A DNA stretch of 64,000 nt from Tubulanus polymorphus (lineage: Eukaryota > Animalia > Nemertea). Shown piece by piece: positions 25,099 through 37,600 of the stretch; position 1 is the stretch's first letter, and every line of letters begins with the position of its first letter. The stretch is taken from the NCBI RefSeq assembly GCF_964204645.1, contig NC_134026.1, positions 18,696,150-18,760,149 of the forward strand, read 5' to 3'. The translations under genes and the position numbers were made by a program. Below the pieces are notes generated by a model, which was not told the DNA's origin, ran no database searches, and saw nothing but the letters and a program-made list of their open reading frames with translations.

Positions 25099-28000
25099 TT
25101 GACATCGACTTCCAAATAAAAGACTATCAAACAATATCTAAAGCATCATCGGCAAAAATTCAGCAGTAGTGCAGCGGGCCTTGCTGGGAAAACATCAGAC
25201 AGACAAGGGCTGTAGCGTGAGATCTGCAAATATATAGATTTACAATATGAACATCTGTTCAAATAAAACATGCCAAAATCGATTACACCTTTGGGGGATA
25301 TTATGACTGTGACCTCATGTGACAGACAATTCAGCCATATCATTGACAAGCATTTGATACATAGATGTGTTATACATTTTTCGCTAATAAAAATTCAATT
25401 TCAACTACAGCGAGTTGCTCTTAACAACATTCAAGTCACAAACCTCAAACAAGAATCAATTGGTCCCCATTAATAAAAGTTAGGAGTCTACTATGCTTGT
25501 TATCAAATACCATATTAAGTTAGGCAACAGTTTCCTATGAACATTAGCATGTATACAAGAATTTGTAACCATAAATATCTATGGGTATGGCTCAAAAAGA
25601 AAGATGTAAACTCAAGAATTCAGGGGTGGATTTAAGGGGTGGTCTCGGGGGTCCCAGACCCCTGCCTTTCCATTGAGGTTGGCCTTTTCTTCAAGACAGA
25701 GATGGTTAAAACTTGTAAATTTGACACTCATCCTTTTGAAAATTGCGTTTAATTCCGACGTAATTCTTAAAAAATATCCAATAACGATGGTGACCCCACT
25801 AAAGTCAATTTTTTGTTTGACATCGACATTTTGGGAATAAAACTTTTTAACTTCTTAAACTTTTCTCTTAACAAATAGCTTAAAAGTCTTAACTCATTTG
25901 AATCAGAGAAGACTCCATTTTATGAAATTAAAATCAATCTTAACAATATGTTTCCTTGCCTACCATTTGAATTTATTTACATATCATAAAGAATGATGAC
26001 TCGTAGGCATGGAAACACAAGAAACATATCCGATCGTTAGAATTTCAAAAATAGCTGATCTTTTCTCATTCTGACACGAGAAAATGAAGACTGTTTAGGC
26101 AATCCTTCAATACAGTGTGAAATGGATATAAAAACAATGGTTTATAGACTGCACAGTTTCACTGGTCGTATTAAGACCAAATTAAGGTTAGTTTTCGAAA
26201 AATGAAGCGAGAAGCGGATGTCAGGTGAAAAAAAATAGACATTAGTCATTAGCCGATGAAATGGTAACTTTATCCGAAATAATGGCTTTACTTGTCTTTT
26301 GGATCCCAGCCTTTCAATTTTCCTGGTGTTCCTGGCCCCTCGATCTGCCCCTGGTATTACATTTTAAACATTAATATGGCGAGTTATCGAATTCAAACCT
26401 TCACTTCTGTATCTCAGTCATCCATTAAATACTTTCTTGCAAGAATAAGTCCATGGGATTATAATTGAAGAGACATTTTAGGCATGAAGCTTTCATACAC
26501 ATTTATAAGTCACCATGATCAATTAATTAATAGTAATCAATGTCACATCATGTGGTGGGAACTCCCTGGTCACACATCACGATAGCAACACATACCGAAT
26601 ACCCATTATCTAATCTGTGGAATGTTATTTTAGAAGAAAATAATTTCTGATAACCATACTTTTAGCAATGGCACTCCTATCCCTCCTATCTAGTTATCTT
26701 CTTTCGCACTATATCCAACTCACTGTATATAATAGGCCTATACTTCTACCTGTTAGTACTGTATATCGATGCCAAAATACTGGCAAACAGTATATTACCT
26801 GAATAACTCTTGAAACTATAATACCATAGTAATCACTGCGTAGGTGGTTCACTAGTCTATACTTGTTAGATATCCCTCAATAAATGGGCATTATTTGATC
26901 AATGTCAACATACCTCCAAACATCATAACCTACTTTCTCATATCAGACTGGCAATTTTGACAATCGATTTATCTAAATGCTTGTAGAAGAAACAACACCT
27001 TATATAGAATACATATGCTAGGCCTATAATAGTACTATTACTATACACACTTGCATGTAGAAGAATAATGTAATGCTTGCCGTGTCATAAACAATTCATT
27101 GACTCACTGGTTCAATAATATAATCAACTTAAAGCATTACTACGACTCTACATAAATAGGTTGTATGATCAAATAATCTGAGGATATCTATCAAACTTAA
27201 TTCTTACCGAAGAAGTAATTTATGAATCACAGTTCGCTAATCCAACTTCTGTGTATTTCCTGGTTAGTTTGTGATATAGCCACAAATTGAATGGTGGCGT
27301 TATAGATTGGCAATGGGCAGAAATTTTCCTAGAATTTAAAATTTGATATCTTTTTTATTCAAATCCTGATTGTATGTGGTTAGACCAAATTAAATTTCAT
27401 CTTAAAGCCTCACAATGAATACAGGAACAACCATATTGAATGAAAAATACAAAATTATGATTTATTTTCATAATAAACTTGTTCATTAACAGTGTACACT
27501 AATAACAATAATCATTCAAAAACCCTGATTAACTTAACTTAATCTTATATTTCATAACATATTTAGTTTCTGATTATAAAGTATGCCTATATAATTCAAC
27601 AGTATAAAGATTGCACGCGATATATTTTTTTTATTAATTACATGGTAGTGTTTGAATATATCAAAAAAATTCAAACTTTTATACGTTCATCAAATCTTAA
27701 CATCAATATTAAATTCAACACGATAAAAAATAAATTCAAGAATAACAAAAAAAACTTAATTGCACAGAGCTATAGTTCATAAAAACTTATTAGTTATTGC
27801 ACTTCATTGTTATTTCAGTAGTGAAATAGGAGGTTTGGATGGATCTTAAGATAGCTTAACGACACTAAAAATACATTTTGCAGTTTATATCCAGCGATAG
27901 ATGCAAAATATTACGTTGTATAAACAAAAATCAATTTGATTTATAAGTTTTAACAATTAAATAATCTATTTGTCTCAAGGTCCCACCGGACAATACAGTT

Positions 28001-28525
28001 ACCGGTTCATTTTTATTAATTTATAGTCAAGTGAAATTTTCACATTCCTAATTAATGTTTTGGACCATTTCACATAGTACCGGTACTTGCAGCTTTGGAC
28101 GAGAGTCCTGCGTGCAAAAAGATCTGGCTTTTCAAACAGGCTTTACTAAACTCAACATCTATCTGCATACCGCTAATTTTCATTCCAACCTTTGAACTTT
28201 ATAGTACCATCGCAAAATACAGATTTTCTATTACACATGCCAAAATTGCACTTGTTTAGCAGTAAACATTTACTGCATACAGATAATGCTGGTATGTGGG
28301 CCCCTTGATCTCATACAACATTCGTTAACTTATTTTCCTAAAATCATTTCTGTTTACACTTGTACATGTACAGCGATTATAGAATGCGTAGATAGATTTC
28401 GATACAAATTTTGGTTTCCTCATAGCACGAACATCTATCTTAAACTGCTGAACTGTCGAAAGGTAATATATACGATCTCGAAAAGCTGGGCTCTCACTCC
28501 TGAGAATTGCACTTTTAAGTTCAAT

Positions 28526-28638
28526 TTAACTGCTTTCCACTTCATCACAAAGCGTCTCCCACCGTCTTCCCGGCGATATACGTATGTAACTGAATGGATG
28601 ACTTTGTTCGACTTTCAATTGTACCACTCCAACGCATT
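28526..28638 (-). CDS. REC8: rec8 last coding exon (ECVGVVQLKVEQSHPFSYIRISPGRRWETLCDEVESS*)
   Basis: tttgcag| acceptor; QxxP(F/Y)xxIxIxPG kleisin C-terminal motif; TAA at 28528-28526. Confidence 0.88.
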
Positions 28639-31600
28639 CTGCAAATAAAGCATCATATTGGTAGATATATATTCATAAGCGTATATGTAAAGCAAGGTCT
28701 TTTTTAATAGCTTGGTTTACGGGGTAGACCTATTAAAATATCATTTCGGAAAAAAAATTCCCTTAGTGAGATAAAATCACTTATTGAAGGAAAAGGGAAC
28801 TGCCGATATGGCAATATACATATGTTCAAACAAATGATTCTTGGAAAGTTCGAATTCTGGACACTGTGCTCAAATTTTTCATTCCACAAGTGGGAATTAA
28901 GAAAAATGTATTTTTATTTGACTTTTCTTTAAATTTCGGGAGGTGGTTCCCTTAAACCAAGCTATTAAAAAAAGGCCTAAAGCAATTATAGTGAAACCCC
29001 CGATACACCGCCCTCCCATTTACCGCCCTCCCATTTACCGCCTTCCTCGCCTACCGCCAGGATTTCTAAATGTACATCTCTATACAAATACATAGTAAAA
29101 CACCCCCGATATACCGCCATACCCTCTATACTGCCAAAATCGTTATACACCGATGTGGGCGGTATATCGGGGGTTGACTGTATTCCCTAAATTACAAAGC
29201 TTATCGACCTTTCATAAGTGGTTTGCAGGAATAATCCTAACAAAATTTACCCAGAAAACTGGTCAAAGGTGCACATGAAAATCACAAGTAAAGTACTTTC
29301 TGCATATGCACACTTGTTTCTGAATGAGTTAGTGATACAAGCTGCCCGCCTCAGGTTATACGACAGAACCAGAAGTGACTGGATTTTGAGAAACTGATTC
29401 ATCACCATGTCCTAGCAACCTGCCACTGACTGCCAGTGACCAAAAAATTGTCAGTCACTGCAATGTTCTGGTCAAGCAGGACTCGTACGCGACTGATTGC
29501 TGCCAAATTGCGGCTGTACTGTGTCACTGTGTCAAGTGGGGTCCATTGCTTAAAAGTAAGTTAGGGGCTGTCCAAGATCAAAAGTGCAAAATTTTGACCC
29601 CTTCCTCCATGTCCACATTGCTCTAACCCCCTTCCCCCTTGTCCATCAGACAAAAAGCAGTCAAAGACATCGGATATCCAGTCACGCAAAATATCTTTTT
29701 TTTCAGATACTTCATCTGATAATAATTTCAGATAATCATCTAATAACATTATATATTCTGAACTACAGTTTGTTATTCCATACATTATCTTGAAAACAGT
29801 ATATACGTGAACTATTTCTCCGTTGATTCAAAGTTGAAGTAATCTGATTACTTATCTAGGTAATGCGCTACATGATTCGTTCTGGCAGGAAGAATCCAAA
29901 CATCCAAACATTCCCCTCCCCCTTGCCCACTTAAGTCCAAAATTCCCAAATCCCTCGACCCTGGACATCTTTTATGGGACAGCCATTATTTCAGAGCTGC
30001 TAACCTATGAAAAGTGCAAATCGGTAATAAATTTAATATTCTTCTCTGTAACATTTCATTGAAATATAAATGAAAATGTTCAAATCAATCAGTAATCAAC
30101 AGGCAGCTCTCAGTAACATCTTTAATATTTCTGTACACGTTAACCCTTTCAGTGCTGACATCAATACCCTATAGTGCGGGAGATAATTCGAAAATGTTTG
30201 AAAAATTCCGCTCTAGTGTGTTGAATAACGGGAATACCACTATACAGACCTGCCAACATTGAATTTTTCAAGATAGTAACATTTTTCAAATTTGCCAGTA
30301 TTTTTTAGATTTTGCCAGTGACCCACTAGAGTTGATGTTACCTTTGCCAGTAACATTTTCAATATGGCCAGTAACGAATTTTCGGATTAAAATCAGAATA
30401 TAGAATATTAAAACTACTAAAGAAATTAATTTTAACGAAGAAGACGGAGAACCCTCCGAATTTTCCAGATTTGACAAAACGTCGTGAACTTCGTCCGCCA
30501 TTTGCAACATTCATGACAATTTGAGCGATGAAAATTACTCGTTGTAACCGAAAATTCGCTAGACTGGTTCCCGGTATTACTCGTTGTAACCGAAAATTCG
30601 CTAGACTGGTTCCCGGCTGTATGGAAACTTTGTGACAATTACTCAAATAAAAACCAAATTTCCCCGTAATAAATGTTAATAAACCATTAAAATACCGATT
30701 ATGTACTGCAAAATTACCTTTATTGACATAATATAAGGAGATTTTTATTGAGGCCGTATTTATTTGCTCATTCGCGTAACATCGGAACGATATTGGAAAA
30801 AAGCGTATTCCATTGCCTGTGCCAGTAACGCCGTATTACCGCGGGTAGCACCGGAACGGAATACGGCAAAAACGTAACGGTTGGCAGGTGTGACTATAGT
30901 GCGTCTACACCACGGTGCAGTTAATCGTTAGTTACTAATATTTCACTATGTTTGAGGTGCTGCCATCTTTTAATAGAGATAAAAACTTATTACTAATTAC
31001 ATCAATACACCGCAGTGCGGTGTACTAGCAAAATCCATCACCAATTTATAGACGGCACTGCGGTGTAGACACACTGAAAGGGTTTTAAACAAATCAAATC
31101 AGTATTTCGTGTTATAAACGAGTAACAATTACTGAAAATCAGGAACTGTTGGAAGATCTGTTACTTACAGGGTCTGATCTAAGGAATGAAAGCCACTTGC
31201 CCCGGGGGGGAAGCATATCAGAAATTTTGCTTGCCCCTCCAAAAACTACTTGCCCTACACAGGCAGTCCAATTGGTGGCACTATCATCTGTTGTATCGAC
31301 TGGGAAAAAAGCTTTGTGACGCAAAATTGCACTAGCCCGGTGGACAAGTGATAATGATAACCTACTTGCCCTGATGAGAATAAACTTGTCCCGGGCAATC
31401 GGACAAGTGCTTAGATCGGACCCTGATTACACCAGTGGATAGGTGGCATAGTGGCAATTAAAACTTCATTGTTACTACAGTATTCAGCTGATGATAAACT
31501 TAATCAAATTTGAGCAACTGGCCCAGTGATTGTTGAAAATGGCAGCATAGTTTCCTATTTCACACATTCCATTTTCAACCCTATATATGACAAGGGCCGA

Positions 31601-34600
31601 TTAGATCACCGCACATGATACAGAAAGCCGGGGAACAACTTTTCAGCACCTCAGAAAGTTTTGACTAATGTCATTCCTGACTGAAGAATGAATTTCATCT
31701 GTAGTTCTATGAATACAAAAATTTCTAAGGAAAGTAGGATCAAATCCCGACATCTTTATACAAATTTCAAGAATGATTTCAGAATTTTTACAGATTAAGA
31801 GTTCAAATTGAGTTATTCAAATACCCCTCTAACATATGCCTCTTAACAATTTGTCACGATCAGCATAGGCATTTTTGCCCATAACTTGATCAATAACAAC
31901 TGGCTTTTCGATACATGAGTCTCGATCACAAGAGCAGGCGCAAATTGACACAGATCAGGCCCTGAGTCAAATTTGGCCCATGCCTAATTAGAGACCGTGC
32001 TTATGCGTTAACCACTCACTAGATACTTAAACAAAGTGAAATGAGTCACTTCTGGAACCAGTAGCAATTCACACGCAATTATTTTAGCCATGCTAAAATT
32101 TGGCTTGGGCCTGGTCCAATGTTTTCGGTCACGTCAAATTTGACACTGGACAAAAACGCTTGTGTGATAGCAGCTAACGATTTGTTCCATTCTATTTTCT
32201 GTTAAGTTAAGGGCACTATAGGAGTGAATTTCAAGGTGGAAATTAGGGAACATGTTTATCAGATTTTGAGAGATGTCAGACATACGCTTTTCCAATCGAC
32301 AAAAATGATAGCTGCAGCTAAAAATCGTAATTACAACAGCAATGAATATGATTTGCTGAAAAAAGAGTAAGGAGGAGAACAGAAGAAAAACACCAAAGAA
32401 CTTACCCAACAAAAACTGAAACCACAGAGCTACAGTAACGCGTTCCATTTCCGAAGGTTTGCAAAGATCCGCAAAATAGATTTGCCGTATGTCCGATTGC
32501 AGGATCAATTGTTTTACGCATTTCTTCATTCTTCTACGACTATCGTTTCTATTTTCTAACACCGGAGATGATGGTGGAAGCACCGGCGGTTCGGCGAATG
32601 ACGGGATCTCTTCGGGAATCGGGTCGTCGATGACGGCGGCGGGTTGCATCGAAATGTTGTGATCACTATCATCGATCGGCGGCTGCATAAATGTTGCATC
32701 CCCGGGTCTTTCAAATGATCTAACATCGAAATAAAAACAGACACTTAGAGTCATTCTAGAGAGTATGGCGGTATACAGGGGGTGTCTTACAATTTTTTTT
32801 TGAATGGAGATGTACATCGAGAAAACCTGGCGGTATATAGGAGGGTAGTATATTGGAGTTTGACTGTACATTGTTCTTCCGAGAATCATTGGATATATCT
32901 CCACAAGGGCTCGATAAGGCCTTTTCTTTTTAATCACATCAGCATACAGATTTCTTTCAACAAACTAGAGTACCACAGGTCCTGTGCTCTCGAGGTCCAG
33001 TTTTTTAGAATATTTATGAAAACATTTACATTGTTCATTCAACTATTCCTTAAATTACGGAATTTAAGACCGCTACGGTGTCAACCCTTGGTGCAAGGTG
33101 GCCGTTCACACCAAGTGATGTAGTCATCCGTTTATTAATTCACCTTGTAAAATAAATTTATGAATAATTGATAAAATATTATTCAAAAATCTATTCATTA
33201 TTGTGATGAACTTCTATCACCATTCAATCCAACATAACGTGAAATAATTTTGAATACAAAGTTGCCGGATCTATTTTTGCAGCGTATTTAACCCCATTTA
33301 TTGGATCTTTCGTTAATTCAATGACTGTAAAAATGTTGCGCTTTGGTTCGCAGTAAACATACACAACACAATGCCGACACCCTTGTTGTAGCTCTATCGT
33401 TCCTCGAGAGTTAAAAATGGGCAGGCGAAGGGGGAAAAATCAAAATTAAAATTTTTTTTTATCGTAAAATAGGCGTTTTAAGATGGAAGTGACTGACAGA
33501 ACAACAAAAGAATATTCAAGAAATCCAATGGATGGGAGCAACTATATCTATACAAGTTGAACTATGACCATTAGTCTCGTGGGTTAGGGTCATTGACATA
33601 AACGTATGTTGCCATGTGTTGGTTGTTCAAGGAAAATTTGAAAACTGCTAATCTAAGGTGAATCAAAATCTATAGAAACTGACAAAATATCTGACTGGAA
33701 AATGAGGGTTCAGCTCCCTCTTTTAGCAGCTACTGGTTGATAAAGGAGATTTTCAAGAAAATTGCTGAAGAAAGTTTCCCTCGGACCATCGATTGATACA
33801 TCAAATAACTATGTTAGTATTCGCAATATTTCGCAAACACATCCCGGATAAAATTCCCAAATATTTTCAACCTGAAATACAATTACTAATTCCGAAGTCG
33901 TTCCCGTTTTCCTTGTACTGTGCAAACCATGTTTCATACAGGATTACGTCGTACAGTAGATCGCGCTTACTCTGGATCATTTGGTAATCCGGTTTGCGAA
34001 AATTCCAGATTATACGTCACAAAATAACAAACCCTTCATAAACAGGTGTGGACCATAAGATCATAAACTGAGCATTAGGCAACACCAAAAGAAAATCCTG
34101 TTTCTCCGGCAGGGCAATCACCAAAATGGGTAGGTAGGTAGGACATTTTTTTAAAATTTTTATAGAAAAAAAAAATATCGTTTATTCTTCTATCAGTGGG
34201 TAGGTTGCTGTAAACAATTTTTACTGAACTAAATTTTTAGTCAGGAATATGATTAACAGCTAGTAGACCACAATAATAAAAGGAAATTGAGGTGTTTGTA
34301 CAATTAACTATAAAAAAACTATATTTTGAACATATTTCACGGAATTCCTGGAATTCCTACAATCCAAAGTCGCCAGCAAAGTCCAATGGATTAGCAAAGT
34401 GGTCTGAGCATGGCTGCGCCATTTCCAGAATCAAATTTTAAATCCGATATAATAAAATGTTATTATGATGTTGATCTCAAAGCCGACATCACGATTTGGA
34501 GAAAAAATATTTATGAGAAAGGAGTTTGGTAGTCGGTCGGCCACATATATACTTTTGCAAAAAAGTTACTTCACCTAAAATTTTGAAAAAGGGTTGGTAG

Positions 34601-37600
34601 GCGATTATATTTTATTCTGAAAATGATTATTTGAAATGAGGAAATATCGGGTCGGTAGGGCCCGAGAAACAGGGTTTTCTTTTGGTGTGGCCTTAGGGAG
34701 GTATTAACATGGTTGTGATAGATTCCTGATGTACCTGTGATGGGTGTGCGACGTTTCTCGCGAATTCACGATCGAATCTCGAATGGATTGTTGTTGAGGC
34801 GTTTCTGTGGCAGATTGGTGGCGGAGTTGAGACTAGAAGATAAACAAGATTGGTGGTGGAGTTGAGACTAGAAGACAACCAGAAATACATCATCATCAAC
34901 CATACATGACACCAAAGATCGCTATTTGTTGTGTATTTTGATGACACACATGCAGGCAAAATGTGTGAAAATGTGTGAGCGTGTAGGCAAAATGTGTGAG
35001 CGGTGTGGCTGAATGGTTAGAGCGTTAAGCTCTGGGAAGCCAGGTCGTGGGTTCCCACCCTGTACATTACCATAGTGTCCTCGGGCATGACACATCCTCA
35101 TTGCCTCTCTCCACCCACGAGTAAAATGGGTACCTGGCCTGATAGATGACTCCCGAGCGCTTGTTAGCCGCTCGGTGTTACTTCCTACCAGGGAAAGATG
35201 ACTGATACATGTTAGAGTAATAAAATGGCCGGGGTAATAATACCGAAAAATGTTAAGTGCTCTGAGCAGCTTCGCTGTATTTAGCGCTATATAAGACACA
35301 TATTATTATTATTATTATTATAAAATGACCGATTACAGCCAACAGTCGATGTAACGTACCCCCTCCCCATAAACTGCTACCCTCACTTAATGTGAATTGT
35401 TTTCTTGAAACGGAACATCTGTATTTTTCTCTTCAAACTAGTAACTAACCCCAGATCTTGAATATTCAATTGAAGGATTCAACTTGAACTACAGTAGAAA
35501 TGTCTTATACAATGAAATGCATATGATGTGCCCTAGAGCACTGCACTCTTGGATCTGGAATAGAGGCATCCTCCCTCGGCAGGGATTCGAACCTGATGGC
35601 ATTGCTACACTCAGCCATGGCACGAACCCCTGCCACACTAGACCTGGTGTGCAGTTTTGCCGCATGAAAACTTGTGTATAATCGCTGAGGTAGATTTCAA
35701 GGAAGAACTATAAATGGAAAAACCCGGGCTGAGATAAAAAGGGATATCTGATTGGCTAATAATGACACCGTCTAGCTGCGCATGTAGCTGGGCACTTGGT
35801 CTAGTGGGGCAGGGTCTCGATGCCATCAGGTACAAATCCCTGCCGGGGGAGGAAAGAGTAGAGGGGGCTTCAATTCATTTTGCTTACCATACTAATAGTC
35901 GATGCCGTTTCATCAATACCAGAGCTACCAGCCGAGCCACCACTCTCATCTAATCAAAGCAAAAAATTTACACACTAGTGCTAGAAAACTGCCATGAAAG
36001 ATCTACTATTTTTTCGCAAATCCAAAGTTTATTCAATCAAAACAATTTCTAGATCCTGCACATCATTACAGTCAACCATTAGAACAAAATTTTTCAATTA
36101 CAGTTGAGCTTTTCATACTGTAAACTGCAATCACGTTTTTAAATTAGTGGGAATGTGATTAAAAAATATGATCCATCGTATCTTCGTATTTTTGTGAACC
36201 CTAGTATACATTTACCAGTAATTTACCTGTGAAAGGAGGGTCAGATGCTTGGCATGTGACATAATTTCTCGTTATCATGGAAGCCAGTCCTGCATTGAAG
36301 AATTTATGTCTTCCTGAAATGGAAAAGTAACTACTTTTGACTAAACCATGTAGTATAGACTTTTGCATCTAAGGACATAATACTGATTGATTTAGTTGAA
36401 TGTAAATCTATTTCATCATGTTATATTCTAGTATACTTGTTGTATCAGTGACTAGTGTCCGGGATATCATAACAAGTTTTCAGCATCAAGCTTACAGCTA
36501 GCAGTTTTGATACATGCTATTTTTAATTTTCAAAACATGAGAATTAAGCTTTTAGTTATTTATCTTTGAGGACAAAAATTCATTTAAAGATGAGAAGAAA
36601 CAAGTGTGACCCAACACTTAAACACCAATCTGACTGTTTACTGTCTCTGTAGTTCATAATTATGAGTGAATACCTGGTAAGTTTAACAATAGAGTATCAA
36701 CATCTTGACCATGAATCAATTCATCACTGACCCTTTTGAGCTGCAACATGAAATTCAGTAAAGATGAATAAATCTCTTTGGTGAAATACATACATGTAAC
36801 ATAGCTTTCAAGGTTCATACAGTTTGCAGTCTTTGATTCTCCATACTTTGCATAATTTTTCTAGAGCCAAATGACCAATTCTCATGCTGCTAAATGAGGT
36901 ATGCACTTATATTCAGAAAAAATTGAAAATTTGGCCTTTAATAAAAGAATAATCCAGACCACAATTCCATCTATATCATAACCTTAATACAAAACTTGAT
37001 ATTCCATAACTTTCCCAAGCTTTGGAAAACAAGAAAATCTGCGTTACACATAGTTTTGAAACCAGGCCCGTGCCAAGCTTTTTTTGGGGGCAATTCTATT
37101 TTTAAAAAAGGGCACTTTTTCATCATAAAACGGGGCACTTTCTTAATTAAAGAGGGCTGATCTTAAATATGAAGTGCCTGGGTACCTGAATAAATCATTG
37201 GAGAATGGATAACTTTTCATTTTCCAAAAAGCATGAAAATGGTACCCAAATTTTGAAAAACTAGGTACTAGAAAAGTTTTCGACACCAGAGATGTAAATA
37301 GTTTTCGTATCTGCCTCATACCGTTTGACAATGAATTCCTTTCGTTGCCATGTATTTGCTGGTAACTCTTTTCGGAACATTGATGAATGCGTCGATGATT
37401 GGAAATTTGCCGTACACACGCGCTGGCGGTGTGCCAGGCTGAGGCGGCTCAATGTCTGCTAATATCAAGCGCTGCAAGAAAATAAATACAATTTCATTTT
37501 AGAATTTTGGAACGTTGTATTCATATGATCCACCGAACATGGACCAGTGGCATCTAAGAGTAATAAAAGATGGATAGGTTGTATATATGAAATATACGTA

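Noticed and set aside
32134-32937. 267-aa ORF as a standalone membrane protein
   Set aside because: Only 32719-32406 is a rec8 exon. The 5' part runs through a MITE and the hydrophobic 3' part is T-rich intron after a GTAAGT donor.
34998-35070. tRNA gene
   Set aside because: A box is present, but the B box and cloverleaf are degenerate and it continues into a SINE body and (ATT)n tail.
37143-37270. Possible rec8 exon (..SNDLFRYPG..)
   Set aside because: No acceptor in the required phase; exon 36740-36674 fits the phase and aligns better.
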